A stretch of DNA of 64,000 bases, taken from NCBI GenBank assembly GCA_026770705.1, contig JANJGN010000004.1, forward strand, positions 95,790,001 through 95,854,000, read 5' to 3'. Shown in pieces: positions 1 through 13,614 of this stretch; within the stretch, counting starts at the first letter, position 1; the number at the start of each line of letters is the position of its first letter. The position numbers were made by a program, and so were the translations under genes. A model generated the notes under the pieces. That model made no database searches, was not told the origin of the DNA, and was given only the letters and a program-made list of their open reading frames with translations. This stretch comes from Isurus oxyrinchus (Eukaryota).

Positions 1-1171
1 CAGCATATCTGGAATTGTAGTAGCCAAAATAAACAAAAAAACACACCACCAACTTCATGTCTTCTCCCTAGATAGATAGCTCAGACATTATAAAAATGTA
101 TGGTGTGCTAATTCTTGAAAAAGTGCTTTGAACTATTCGTATATTTTCCTCTATTATAGAGGGATCTTTGCATGGAATACCTCCTCTCCTCTTTCCACTC
201 AAGATCCATAACCATTAGAGCAACCACCTTAAATTCCAAGCTAAATTAAGGTTTGCAACTTAATTTTGCTTTTAATTCTTTTGCTGCAGCTTTATTTTCC
301 TGCTATATTTCCAGTCGGGAAAGATCCAGGTCAGGATATGAGTAACACATTGCTGAATGTCAGCCCACGTTTTATTTAAAGTTAACTACCAATATACAAT
401 TCAGAAACGATGGCATTTATCAGTGGTACATGCACCAGTGAACCCATTTCCAATGTGTAAATGCTATGCTCAAGAGAAAAGATTTTGGTGCTGGGAATTG
501 GAACGTTTCTTCTTTTGACCATCCAGGGTGAGTGTTAAATACTCCTATGTCAAATTTTCCTTTTAAACTCTTCCTCAACATGCCAAACCCTCACTCAAAA
601 GGAGACTCTTTTACTGCAAAGCTCTCCGACAAACTGTGACCCCTGAACATTGTGAACTGGCCCTGAAAAGCTCCGGTAATCAAGTTCTGCTTGCACTTAT
701 ATTTCTAATCTGCTTACTTGTGTCATTTTAATTCTGTAGGCTTGGAAATAGGGCTGCCCCTATTTCCTCACTGCTGGTAAATCCTAAATTAAAACACCCA
801 GATCTGTTAACCCAATAACAAGATACATCAAAATAATGGGAACAAGAATTATACTTCATACACAGTCTCTCGAGGCTCCATGGTATACACAAATGTGCGA
901 TCTAAAACATTAAAGAGCTTGCCCCACTCTCAACACCATTTCCATTTCCTACACCAGTCATCAAATGACCGGACTGTAATGTCCAATTTGCCAGGAAGAG
1001 TCGGTCATGGCCCATGCTATGACAAACTGGACTGGCTGCCAAAATCCCTTGTCCTCAACAAGTATTAATTAGCTTACCATCTTCTAATTCCGCAATGCAC
1101 TCAGTCCCTTGATCATACTCCGGCTTTTAAATTGGAGGTTAAATTATTTGCATATTAAAATAGTAACTTGC

Positions 1172-1426
1172 CTTGTACAACCCAAAGCCTGGATCTATGA
1201 GAAACGATCGCGTCGATGTTCCTGGACGATTTTTCTTGTTGCTTTCTGCACTGGAAGAGGTTTTGTCACACTCGCTCTGTGATGAGCTGCATCCTGAGTC
1301 ACTGTCTGAAAGCTCAACCTCATTCTCCTTTTTCTTCACTGTGGAGGAAGCAGGCTGACGAATCAAAAGCTGAATGATATCATTCAGTCCCACGTTGTAA
1401 TCAAACAGACTATGGCCATCTTCCAA
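1172..1426 (-). CDS. UHRF-family second coding exon (end of UBL domain, linker, start of tandem Tudor domain); gene continues beyond the window start
   Basis: Acceptor ttcatttttcag| at 1427/1426. Translates LEDGHSLFDYNVGLNDIIQLLIRQ...ELSDSDSGC...LIDPGFGLYK. 255 nt, phase 0, in frame with exon 25902-26054. Donor is AAG|GCAAGT. Confidence 0.93.
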
Positions 1427-1692
1427 CTGAAAAATGAAAGAAAACGTTCTGAAGTCATTAGATCGTTCAAATTGCATCAGAATTCTACAAAATCTGAGTG
1501 TCAATTTTGACTGCACAAGGGAATTCAGCTTCCCAGTTGAGGACTAAACTTCAAATAGACAAGTGTCTTATATTGCAATGCAACAAATGCAAGAGGAAAT
1601 ATTCTGCAATTTTCTTTTTAAAAAAAGGATTACCATGAAAAAAATGTTCATAATCATATTTCTGTGTCTCAGGTAGCACTTACACTTGAATC

Positions 1693-1924
1693 AAAACAGA
1701 AAATGCTGGATATATTTAGCAGGTCTCACAACCATCTGTGGAATAAGAAACAAGAGTTAAGGTTTCAGGTTGGTGACCTTTCATCAGGACACTCTGATAA
1801 AAGGTCATCGACCTGAAACGTCAACTCTGTTTCTCTCTCCACAGATGTTGCCTGACCAGTTGAGTATTTTCAGCATTTTTTGTTTTTATTTGAGATTTCC
1901 AGCATCTGTGGCGGTTTGCTTTTG
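1693..1924. mobile_element. Short palindromic element made of two head-to-head Penelope-type 3' ends, each with a degenerate hammerhead motif
   Basis: Arms ~1693-1787 and ~1794-1886 are reverse complements around GACACT. They resemble the Penelope 3' terminus at 59005-59140 (gatttccagcatctg tail). Each arm has a CTGAT(G/A)A..GAAAC motif. Confidence 0.7.
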
Positions 1925-2404
1925 TCTCAGCCTACTTTAACGCTTGTGCCACCAACTAATCCCTCAAAATTTGCACCAAGAACAGCCAGGTTTTTCCGTG
2001 AGCTACAAGGCTGTAATTAATCACCACATATACACAAGAAACTGACAGAAATAGCACAGAAAGTAAAGTTCAATAACAAAACTAAAAAAAACACCCTTAA
2101 CTTGGCCTGAAAGACTGCCAGATTATGGTCTTTTCGATTTACCCATGGTCAGCTGGACTGCCCAGCCTTGGTTCATTTAGCTTCAGATGGCCAACAAAAC
2201 AAAACTTAGATGCTGCAAGATGCAGCTATACAGACTGACAAAGAGCTACAGTTTTCAAATATAGTAAATTAGCCTGGGCTGTTACCACTGTAACCACCTA
2301 CCAGTACAAGCAATTCATGCACAAGCTCACAAAATCCAACCAAGTAAAGCCTGATGTGCTTTGTTGCCAAACACTTCCCTGAAGCTTGGATTGCACACAC
2401 GCAT

Positions 2405-3166
2405 GGGCAGAATTTAAGCTAGCTCATGGGAGCAGGCTGGGAGATAGAGGAGGGGGGATGTAAAATCGGAGTGGAAGGCAGGGATGGAGTTGCCAGTTGC
2501 CTTTCCGATTCCCTATGATACACTCAAGGGCAGGGAAGGTCGAGGACGGCCTTCCCACCCAGAGGCCAATTCCACAGCCACCATTCTACCAGTGCCGGGG
2601 TGAGCATGGAGCCTCTAGCAAGAGGAGAGGCCACCCAGTAAAAGCTGGTGGCCTCCTTGCAAACTTGGGCAGGTGGTGAAATGGCCCCTCAAGAGCCCAT
2701 GGAGGGCTCCCTTGCTGGAACAACCCCCTCACCCCTTACTTGGTTAAGGCCTGCCTGACTGAAACTGGTGAGCTCGGCCTACTTACCTGTACCCCAGGGC
2801 CTCCTCCATTGTTGCTGGTCAAGAGGCTGCTGCAGTACTAGCAGTGGCCACCACTCCAAATGGGACTGCTGAGACTGAAGGGCTGCTGGCCCTCTGATTA
2901 TTGGCTAGCAGCTCTTGGAGTGGGATCTCTGTGCTTAAAGTAAGGGAAGCCTCAACGACAAACAGTTCATTGCCTGATGGGTATAGTATCGCATTGGGGC
3001 TCCAAGAAATGGCCACAGCAGGGTTACTCTCAGCTTTCCAACCCACCATAAGGGCCACCACCACCACTATCAGCCCAACCTTCCGGTATATTTGATTCCT
3101 TCCTCCCCCACCTTAAATCACTGGAACCCGGGGGGAATCGCCACCCCAGGCTATAACATCTAGCCT
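2405..3166. mobile_element. Non-autonomous Harbinger/PIF-like element (MITE)
   Basis: Left terminus GGGCAGAATTTA, degenerate inverted right terminus, 3-bp TSD CAT at 2402-2404 and 3167-3169. Confidence 0.55.
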
Positions 3167-3411
3167 CATCTTTGCCGCACAGATCCACAACATAAAAAGC
3201 ACACATCCATGGCATCACCACAAGCTTCTCCATTTGTTTTGCTGCTAACTCTAGAGCACTTTACTAACAAAGAGACAGCAGGGCAGAGCAAACTTTGCCA
3301 CTGAACAGAGTATGCATCAGGGCCAGGAAGAACCAGATTAAACAATCACGATGATAAAAAATATTGATCTGTTGAGCTAGAACGGAAAGAGCACTGCCTG
3401 CCTCATATTTA

Positions 3412-6324
3412 CGGAAGATCATGGCATACAAGACAACCCCATTTTATAGTCGCCAAAATCACCCTTTTGTATATATCTGACACATAAAGGTGACCCCTCT
3501 TTCCAGCTACAAAATGCTACACAGGCATTAATAGTCAGCCTCAATTTTTCATCCCAGAAATGCATGTTTTACTTATCTCTGTAAGTTAGTGTATGGAATT
3601 AAGCAGGCAATCGGGTTGTGTTGCGATGATGATGGGTGGGAGTTTAAGACACGCCCACAGAGTACACTGCTCACAGCGAGTGATGAAGAGAAATGGGTCC
3701 TCCAGGAAAACAAATGAAGTATGAAGCTGCTTTCAAGCTATTTGCTAACTCATCAAATAACTATGCTGCACTATGTGAATTTGGTTTTAGTGAAAAAACT
3801 AACGTGAGAAAGGAAGGAGGAGGAATCTGCCCTGAAAGAAGGTGCCCAAGACCAAATGCGCCATCAGACCAGGGACCAGCCACCAGCCTGATCAGATGGG
3901 TCTTTGAAAATTGTCGGAATGATTACATCATGGCCAGAACTGCAAAGCGTATATATGAACTTAAGTGGGCCAAATCAAACACAGTCCAGCAAAGATTGCA
4001 AACAATACCTAGTTGGTATAGCCACTTTATGAAACTAAATAGTCTAGTGCTGCAACAAGACAGGAGACTACCAAGAGACCTCAACGCCAAAATTACCAGT
4101 TTCCAGCAGTTCTTTATAAGACCATGGCAAAATCCATGGGTATCAACAACATGGATGAAGCACCCATGAGTTTCGATATGAATTGTGGAGTGGAAAGGTT
4201 TGAAAATAGTGAAAATGAAAAGAATGAGAAGACAAGATTCACAGTAGTAGTTCCCTGCATGGCAGACAGAATGAAATTAAAGCCTATGGTTATTTTCTAA
4301 TGTAAAACAGGCCGAACGTCAAGATCCCTGCAGTCTTTGCACATGTCCACGACAACAGTTAGATGGAGTGATGCTATGGGTCGACAACGTGTGCAATAGG
4401 AGCCCCGGCGGCCAACGTAAAGAATGCAGCTTATTAGTGTGGAACTTTTTCAGATCCCATATAATCGATGATATTAAGAGAGGTCTGTGAAGAAATAACA
4501 CCCGCACTGCAGTTATACCAGGGGGTCTAATGTTCATTGTTCATCTTTTTGATGTGTCCCTCAACAAGCCATTGAAGAATCATTTCCGCACCAAATGGAA
4601 CAGCTGGATGGTTGATGGAGAAAAACACCTTCACAAAAAGTGTGATGCCCCACTTCATGTTTTGTGTGGTTTCATTATCAAATTGTAGGATGTTATTAGT
4701 TCACAAAGTGCTATTGGGTGGGGGATGGGGGGCTGGAGTGAGTTGGAAAGATGATGAGCACCATTTTTCCAAACTGATCTTGACCACAGTTAGTCAGTGA
4801 GATCCCTCGAGGTGGGAAGCGGCTCTTTTCAGCTGGGTGGAAAGGTCAGCATAAGTAGCTGACTAAAGAGACCCCCTAATGATTATGAGGCTAGCAGGTG
4901 TCAAAGATGCTCACTTGTGTGCTCCTCTCTATGGTGAAGCCTGCGTTGCAGCAAATTTTTTCCCAACTCAAGGGTCTCATGATATCAAGACCCTAGCAAG
5001 GTACAGAACTGCTGTGCATTCTGTGCCATTTGCCATCGGCTTCAGTCAGAGGCAGGGATTAATGGAGGGAGGGAGCGAGGTGGACGCCTCCAACAGACAT
5101 GGCTGGTGGAGGGCAGCCAACTTGGAACTCCAAACCTCCATCCTCCAGGTGAATTATCATGGCTGCCAAAGGATCATGCACTTGGTTTTTCTATGCTGCC
5201 AAGGCAAACATCTCTACAGATTCTCGAGGGTAGTGGAGAAATGCGGAAGATGTCTGCTTGAGGCTTCTTGCACATGGCTGTCATTACGCTGCACAAACAG
5301 CAATGTCTCCATTGCATTCATGTATGAATGGGAGGAACACCCATCTCTAGTCCTCCGGGATGTGCTTACCTGGAAGGGGTGCAGTGGAGATGCCATGTCT
5401 CAAGGGAGGCCAAATGAAGTGCTTAGCACTTGCACGCAGGACATGCTCACTTAATGTATCACTTCAATTTGTTCACTGAGGCATCGTTGATGCAGGCTGC
5501 AGACAACCCTGCCTTGGTAATGGCTCTCATCCAGATGAGGAAGGGGGCCTATTGGAAGTTGGCATGGGGCTAAGAGGAGCAAGGGCCTGAGCAGCAAGAG
5601 GCAGCGGGACCTCTAGAAGGTCAAGAGCCTGGTGAACATGGAACACTGCAATGGTGAGCACTGGTGTGACCACGGGTGTATCGCTGACAGTGCTCTTATC
5701 TAGAGATGAGCGAAAGACAATGCCAGAGGCATCCTCATTTGTCCTGGGATGTGGTTGCTCACATCTGCCAGCTTCTCCAGTATGCACTGCAGCCACAAGG
5801 ACTCTGTCAGAGTGGCGCGGAGCTCCTGGCCTGCAGTGAATGAATGTCTGCCTTTAAATATGGCATGAGGACCTTTGACCCCATAAGGTAAAAATGGGAC
5901 GGGCGACTTCCAGCCCACCCATGCCACAAGACGTGCCAAGCGGATACATAATTAATCAACTGAAATACGGAAGATTGCGCATATTCACCTGCCCTGCCGT
6001 CCAACTGCAATCACACCAACTTTTGCGGCCGTCACTGGACTTAGTCTCCAGAATGGAAAATTCTGCCCATTGTGTTGGATGCCAATGATAATGAATTTGA
6101 TGGTTTCAAAAAGCTTTGATTGTGGTTAAGGGTATATTTGTACAATAAATTCTTTCAATAAAACATGTCACGTTAATTTAATATGAATTACAAGTGGTGT
6201 GTTTTATTTTCACATTTCAAAATGGTGACCACTCACACTGACTGTTCATATTTTATACTCAGCAGATGAGTTGACCCCCATTTTTGGAGGCTTCAATGGT
6301 CAACTTATATGTTGTGATCCACAG
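3412..6324 (+). mobile_element. Decayed pogo/Tc2-type (Tc1-mariner) DNA transposon, interrupted by an insertion at ~4716-6068
   Basis: TA dinucleotides flank both ends (3410-3411, 6325-6326); degenerate TIRs match 19/29. Broken transposase: N-terminal YEAAFKL..NN (Brinker-like DBD), INNMDEAPMSFDM, RFTVVVPCMAD..KLKPMVIF, WNFFRSH, AVIPGGL..DVSLNKPLK (DDE_1 motifs). Confidence 0.8.
4716..6068. mobile_element. Harbinger-like element nested in the pogo element
   Basis: Right terminus AAAATTCTGCCC, the same TIR as other Harbinger-type copies here. Candidate 3-bp TSD ATT at 4713-4715 and 6069-6071. Left TIR is degenerate. Confidence 0.45.
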
Positions 6325-6589
6325 TATTCTGCATTGCTTGGGTAGTGATTAAATCAAATGTAAAGAGACATACTGCAGCTCACAGGATACTGGTTATTCA
6401 CACCCAACTAAGACTTTTACAGCTAATATCCCATCAAATGGAGCTTGTTTTGATCTTCATCACAAAAGTAGAAAGCATAATAACATCTGTTTTCCCCTTA
6501 TCCTACTTACCCATCAACGTTCATAACAAATACCATTTGTCATCAGCTATTACATGTGCTGCAGTTTGGCTTATTTGACTTCACTTTCA

Positions 6590-6957
6590 TCTCAGTCAGA
6601 TGACTGATGTTTCCTTCCAGGAACTAGAGCTCACCATATAGCAGACACACTAGTGCAGCGCTGAGGGAGTGCTGCTCAGGCAAGTAATTAAATTGAATTT
6701 GCCCATTTTGGACATGAAAGACCCACTGTTCAAAGAACGGCAGTAAGTGCCCTGGTCAACTTTCCTTCCCCAATCAAAACCTCCAAAAACACAGACCGAG
6801 TGGTCATTCACCTCACTGGTATGAGAGATCCTGGCACACACAAAATGGCTGACACATTGCATGGTTGTGTTCTGCAGGCAACTGATTTATTGTATGCAAA
6901 GCACTTTGAAATGTTTGATTATACACGGTGCAGTACAAATCCAAGACTTTTCTTTCT
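6590..6957 (+). mobile_element. DeuSINE-type SINE (SacSINE1/AmnSINE-like), degenerate
   Basis: gtgcagcgctgagggagtgctgc, ccctggtcaac..., gcaaagcactttg and a T-rich tail; similar to several other copies in the window. Confidence 0.55.
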
Positions 6958-8099
6958 GTTTGGAGGCATTAGAATACTGCCGTTAAGAATTAAATGACAT
7001 TTGCATGCTCAACAAATGCCATCATAAAATATATTTTATGACCCAGAACATAAGAGGAGGTACTATGGAAACAAATGTTCTCTGCCTGAGTGTATGCTTC
7101 AGACATCATTGCTCATTGAGTACATCAGCTGAGGAAAGGCAGTTGCACTCCAGATTCAGGATTTATAGTTTTACAATCAGGGATTTTCTGTTACAGTTTG
7201 CAGCGTAGCTACAGCTAGTTCTGCTTATTATTTTGCTATACTTTGAACCGCAGCAAAAGATCAGACAGCATCAGCACCAATATATTTTTAAAAAGTGAGC
7301 TTTACAGAATATGCTGTGCAGTCTATGTTTTATTTAACTTATAATTTGTGTCCCAAAATCAAATCTGAAAACCTCTGTTGCCATCAGCCTAGGACACCAT
7401 ATATATTCTTATCCTAGACAACCCATCCATGCTAAATGAAGAAAGACTGGGCCAAAAAATCGTTCTAAACAAGGGAATCTGTGCCATGGGTTGTACATAT
7501 CACTGTCTGGCAGCATGCTTAAAGAATAAATAAAATAATCCCATCTTAACGCAATAGTGACAGACATGGACATCCAGTACAAGCTGTTTGACAGCAATCA
7601 TAGGCAGGAAATCCAGGCCAGCTTGCCTTTTCCTCACCCTAACTGTGATGCTGATTGGAAAACCCTTCCCTAGTGCCAGCACTAACATTAGCTAATTCCG
7701 CACAAATCAGAAATTAAACTTGGGATCTTTTTGCTCTGCTTTGATTCAACCATGCAAAAGATAAACTGATTCAGTTATCAAGGGAACCTTCAGGACAGCT
7801 TCTACATCAGGGGTTCCAAAACTGTGGTATGCTTACCCCTTGGGGCTACATGAGACACCTTGGAGGGGGGGTGGGGGGGTAGTGTATGTGGGACAGATGT
7901 GCCTAATGGTAAATTTAAAGACTGGTGCAAACATTTAAACGTTTTCCTTCTTTTCAAAATTCATTTACTTTTCATTGCACGATGTTTATTTGCTTTGCTC
8001 GCTTATTTTTCTCAAATGCCAAAGCTTTGCAGTGTCGCTCAGATCTGTCTGAGGGAGGACAGGTCCGTATGCCATTTGGTTGTCTTCTGCCCTTTCGCA

Positions 8100-8520
8100 T
8101 CCTAGTGTGGGTCAGAGATCTCCACAGAGGACGCATCCTCTTTCAAACTACTTAAAGCTGACTGGGTCACCTGGAGCCACGCACCATCTAGTGGGGAGGA
8201 GACCACCATCACCTACACTTTCCTGTTTTTTTTGCCTGGAGATGTGCAGCAACCAGCTGGAGATGGACTTGCAGGGTCTGGAGGGACTGACGGTCAACTG
8301 CTCCAGGCTGGGAGCTGCAGGAGATGCCCTGTTTCTCCAAAGCTGACATCTCCAGGCTAGGAGGAACGTGCAATGCGCCCCTGTGGAAAGTCCTTGCACC
8401 CCCGAGAGAAGTCTAGTTCCTCTTAGATCCCAAGCTGCTAATTGATGCCATGGATCTAGACAGGGCTGACAAGGCTGGAACATTCGCAATCCCATATGGT
8501 GCAGGAGCAGGAGGGAGACA
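8100..8520 (+). mobile_element. Probable old Tx1-type LINE ORF2 fragment
   Basis: Degenerate translation (ERPP..., ELQEMPCFSK..) resembles the Tx1 ORF2 region C-terminal to RT; weak. Confidence 0.3.
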
Positions 8521-9454
8521 CTCTGCTGATCGCAGCATTGATGTAGGCAAAAAATTCAGAGATTTCTATTCTTTTAAAAATAAATACAAATTGTAACTCA
8601 ATATCACAGAATCAAAGGATTATCATTTAACACTCTATTAACAACATCTATCCTTTACACTGCATAAAAACGTGTGCACGATTTAAAGGGGCATTGTCTT
8701 GGTAAGAATAGTTCAGTTGATTTATTTGCATATATAATACAATAATCCGAATTGCAAACACAAACAAATGCTTGCGGTCATATACCCCTTTACGATAAAG
8801 AAAAACCTCCTATGGGACTTCAAGAATTGAAGTAGGAAGGTAATAGAATGAGAGCCAGAGGGACAGATTAACAGGAGATGACCAAAACCTGCCCAACCAA
8901 GGTTTTGAGAAGATTTCTGAAGGTACAGAGAAATGGGTGTACAGGGGTGGTTAGGGGGAAGAGTGAAGGTATTGCCAAAGGATACACCACTGCGAGGTAA
9001 AGGGAGAGAGTTACATAATTAAAAATCGATTCAGAGGACAGCAAGCTGTCATGGAAGGTAATATAAGGCGATAGGCATTGTAGATATCAGGTTCAGCAAA
9101 GCCGTGAAGGAATTTGATGAGAATGAGTAGTTAAAATTTAATCTGTCATGGGACAGGGGCCAGTGCAGGTCAACAACCAGTGAATGGGACCCAGTGCAGA
9201 ACAAGATGCAGGTTGTGGTGTTTCGGACCAGTTGGAGATTTTGGAGGGCATTAGAATAATCAAGTCTAGGGGTGATAAAGAATCAATAAAGTTTTCCGTG
9301 GCAGAGGGGCAGCAAAACTGAATAGATAGAAATAGGTAGTGTTGGTGATAGCTGTTTCCAACCCCCTACGCTAAGTATCAAATGGAATACCAAGGATTCA
9401 GCAGTTTGTTTCAATCTGGGAAGGGGACTGAAATCAGTGGCTGGAGAAGGGACA

Positions 9455-9790
9455 GCTAGCGTGGATTTATTAAAGGCAAAATTGTGTCTGACTAACCTGA
9501 TAAAGTTCTTTGATGAGTAGCAGAAAGGGTTAATGAAGGTTGTGAAACAGAAGTTATAGATGTGGACTTCTAAAATGCATCCCACATAACAGACTAATGG
9601 GAAAATTAAGATTAAAGGAATGGTGATAACTTGGGCATGAAATTAGCTCAGGAATAGGAGCCAGAGTATTGGTGAATAAACGTTCTTCTGACTGGAGGGA
9701 AGAATGCTGTGGGGTCTCTTAGGGCCCAGTGCCCCGGGAATGTTGTTTTTCTTGTTTTATGTATAAAAATGACCTTGGACTTGGCGATGG
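9455..9790 (+). mobile_element. CR1 LINE RT fragment
   Basis: ggatttattaaaggcaaaattgtgtctgactaacctgata (GF.KGK.CLTNL-like motif) followed by the DF.. and GVPQG-like region; heavily decayed. Confidence 0.6.
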
Positions 9791-10479
9791 CCTATGCTTA
9801 AGATTCTTTGACTTTAAGAGTTTACGGCTGCCATTTTTATTTTCACCTACCACACAGCATGATATACGGACAGTGAGAGTATTCCCATTCTCAAGGTGTT
9901 GGGAACAGTATGAAAAGATGTGATTGGAAGTACTTAAAGATAGAAAGTCTGGGCTTTGGAAGTGGGGGAGGGAACGCAGGTAAAACAGGTGCAGAGTTAA
10001 CAAAAGATTTGTTCACCCAACTGTGGGATGCACAAACATTTGGAGTTATGCTTCAGTTTGCAATTTACCGAGCAACTTGAGACTCAAACTATCACCAATC
10101 AATCCAAGCATTGTGGGCCTCAGCTTGAACAAACAAACCTCAGCCATTGCATTAATGTCAAGTAGAACAATTAAGGCATTGTTTAAGTTGGTTGCATGTA
10201 TTATAATTTCTACAAATCTTGGACATAAAAAGGGTTAAAGCATTAAGCCTGAATGCTGGTAGGGGGTTTGCTGCCAGTTGGCCGACTTGAAAGAGGGTAC
10301 ACAATGTCAAGTTTGGGAGCCTCTGCTCTACACAACAGGGAAGGTAGAGCCATTTGCTTTCTTCTGATTACTTTTGTCAAGCATCCCACTGTGTAACTGA
10401 TTCCACAGTATCACACTATAATGCTACCACAGGCAAATTCAGAATTGGAAACTTTATCAGAAAATAATTGCACTGACGA

Positions 10480-10850
10480 AAGGAAGAATAGAATGAATGA
10501 AGGACGTCCCAAAATCTTTACAGCCAATTAAATACTTTTGAAATGTAGTCACTGTTTTAATGTAAGAAATACAGCAGGTTTACACAGAGCAATCACAAAA
10601 AAATGATGATGAGTGATGTTGGTTGAGGGGTAAATATTGGCCAGGGCACTGGGGTTAACTCCCCTGCTCATCTTTGAATAGTGTCAGGAGAAGTTTTACG
10701 TCCATGTGAGGGAGCAAAAGGAACCTCCGTTTGAAGTCTCATCCAAAAGATAACATGTCCGACAGTGCAGTCTCAGTACTACACTAGCAGCATCAGTCCA
10801 GAATGTGAGATGTGACCCCAAAGCCTTCTGACTCAGAGGCAAGGCTGACA
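10480..10850 (-). mobile_element. DeuSINE-type SINE
   Basis: cccaaaatctttacagccaat...aaatattggccagggcac...gacagtgcag...gccttctgactcagaggc; reverse copy of the family at 6590. Confidence 0.65.
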
Positions 10851-13614
10851 AATAAGTCATGCTTACGCAAAGCCTATTCTGAATGCAAATAGGTCAATAC
10901 CCACCACCAGCATTCTGGTTAGGTTTGAAGGAGGAGGAAGAAAAATATCATCCCCAATGAATGCACACAAACCAGCTTTTAATGCACATCAGTGACAGGA
11001 GGACAAGAAGCAGCTGAAAGCTTGTAAACTGTGCAACAAATTGAGCGATTGCAGCCCATGTACATTTATAGCATTGGAAGCTGTTACGTATTAAGATTGG
11101 AAGAAACTAAACGTGCCAAGCTGACCTTTGCTCATTCTAATATATCTGGAACAGAACCAACCATGTGCAGCTGTAAACAAAGGTATTAGTTAGCACAGTG
11201 CTCCATCACTCAGTAAAAGAAAATTTCCGTCATTTCTCCAGTGAATAGCAAAAGCCTGCAAAGAGGCCTCACGACCTAAAATGAGCACAAACAGTACTGT
11301 AGATGTTTCATACCAAATCTGCAGACATGGAATTCATAGACTCTCCAGCAGATAGATTTAAAACTGACCTACTGATTCTTCTAATCTTTATATCCAGGCC
11401 ATTTTAGAACTTAGCTACAAGGGAGCTTAAAAATCTACTCTACATCATTTAATTAATATGTTTGAGATACTCTCCACCAAGGCACTGTTTAAAAATATAA
11501 ATACAACCTTGTCCTATAATCAGAATTATTCAGTATCTATTAGCAATGAAATACTTTTTGAAAGCTTACATTTCACATTTCCATAATTTCTCTTCCACCC
11601 CAAAAGACAAATTTAGACATTGGCAATACAATCCTAGCCTAGCTGGAATTTAGTTGCCAATTTTGTCCCCTCTCCACAAGACGTTGACTTTGCCAAGATC
11701 CACTTTCACAATTCAACAGTTCCTTCTTTCAATTGTTTCAGCATAATTCCCTCACACCTCACCAGCCCAGTATCTCGCCCAAATTAATTAATTTAATGAA
11801 TAAGCAAATGTCAGCAGGACAGTCAACTCTGCACAACATCAAAATGGAGTCAAATCATATTCTTACCCAATATGGACATACAAGAATCTCCAGGCACCAT
11901 CCATTCTCAGCTGATGTTCCCTTTCCTAACCCAGAACATAACTGCAATGCCATCTAATCAACAGACATGGGAGCTCCCTGGTCAGTGTGGCTTTGCTACT
12001 AAATTTGTTGAGTCAATAGCTCCCCATTAGCTCAAGAGGTACATGTAGCTGAGCGACAGAGATTAGCATTTTGCAAGCTTCCTGGTACGAGTGCAAATTT
12101 TGCAGTCAAGTAACCTGCGTAAATTCATTAGTGTATCCTCAATACTGCACAATAAGCACATCCTTACCCAAAATGTTAATATTTTGTTACACCAAGTATA
12201 CTTTACGAAATGTTCAACTGGACCAGCTGCTAAAATGTTTGCAGTAACCAAAAATGTTGATATGGTAATTAATTCATAGGTGCCCCCAAACCGATGGAGG
12301 GGGTGAGGGGCACAAAGAAGATGCCCCAAATATGCTCTTTACCATGTGCACAAAGGTTACTGTAAAACAGGTCTATAAATCACAGTTACATACAAGTTGC
12401 TTGTGTGTACTATAGTTGCTTATTTGGTTAAAATATTGTTGCAATGTACAAGATACTAGTTTTAGACTCTAGAACAACATGCACGAAGGTGCAACATATA
12501 GAAAGTTTTACAATAAGTACAAGCAGGTGTCTGAAGATTAAGAGAATTTTCACTCTTGACATTGTCATAACATGTTGTGACAATCTTCTGGGCATGCCAC
12601 AAAGTTACGGTATAAGTATTGTGAGCACACAAACTGCTGAGGTCTGCAACAAAAGGTTCTGCGTGCACACACTGTGGGCTTGCCTCTTGCTGCAGTGAAA
12701 ATGCATTCTAAATATTCCACAAGCGGCAACTGTCAACAGATTTCACGAATAATGATTACTTTGGCTCTCCACGGCTCATCACCTCCCTTCCACACCCACC
12801 CCACAAATTTCAGGTAGCCGTGGATTTGCTAATATTTTCTGTTGATAGTTTCAGTTATTAGTTTTCACATTCAGAATCCACTAGGTTTTATCACATGATG
12901 CCCTACAATTCCCAGCAAAAATTTCTGACTCCAGCAAACCTCTGATATAATTAAAATAATGGCACGCCAGTAGCTCAGCTTTTGAACGCTCCAGCAATAA
13001 CTTCCCTGCCAGCAGCTCCCCGGCACTGCTCAACTCCAGGGTAAGGTTGTGCCAATTCTGGGTCCAGATTACCCATCATTTGATCGGATTTGCCTCAACA
13101 CTGAATCCGATTGGGGATAAGGGGGCCATACGAAACTCACCAGTTTTCAACCACTAGAGGGAGTTTACTCCGCCAGCAAGGCTTTCTTCCTGTTTCTTAC
13201 AGCATGTCCAGTTACATGGGCAGACACACAAAGCACTTCCTGTTTGCAAGTCTATTATTATTTTTGACAACGATGTTCTGGCAGAATTGCCTGAAGCAGG
13301 AGTGTAGGACTTCACAGCTGAGACAGATACTGGCTCACCTGACACAGCCACTTGATAGCAAACCAGATGGAACCCTGGCTGATTTAAACCCCCCCCAAGC
13401 CAGGACACGAAGGCTAATTGTTATATCCCTGCCAGACCCGAAATGAGCTAACTCAGCCCACAATAACTTGACGAGTTTAAAAAGTAGGCCTCAGCTTCCA
13501 CCGTTATAGAAACAGTATCTTTTAATTTGTCAAAGCTCTTTTTAAAAATGAACTATTGCTCCCATTCCTCATCTGGAGAGAAACAACAGAAATTGAAAAC
13601 ATGAACTAAACAAT

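Noticed and set aside
1427-1516. Upstream extension of ORF 1139..1516 (and the flanking extensions of ORF 25788..26090)
   Set aside because: Open-frame run-through into intron or UTR beyond the splice sites; not UHRF-homologous.
3693-4169. Domesticated POGK-like gene
   Set aside because: Frameshifts and stops throughout, and it is flanked by TIR/TA remnants; a dead transposon.
4879-5454. 191-aa ORF
   Set aside because: No recognisable domain; lies within a decayed repeat.
7808-7860. hAT-like terminus CAGGGGTTCCAAAACT
   Set aside because: No partner TIR or 8-bp TSD found, so no element could be delimited.
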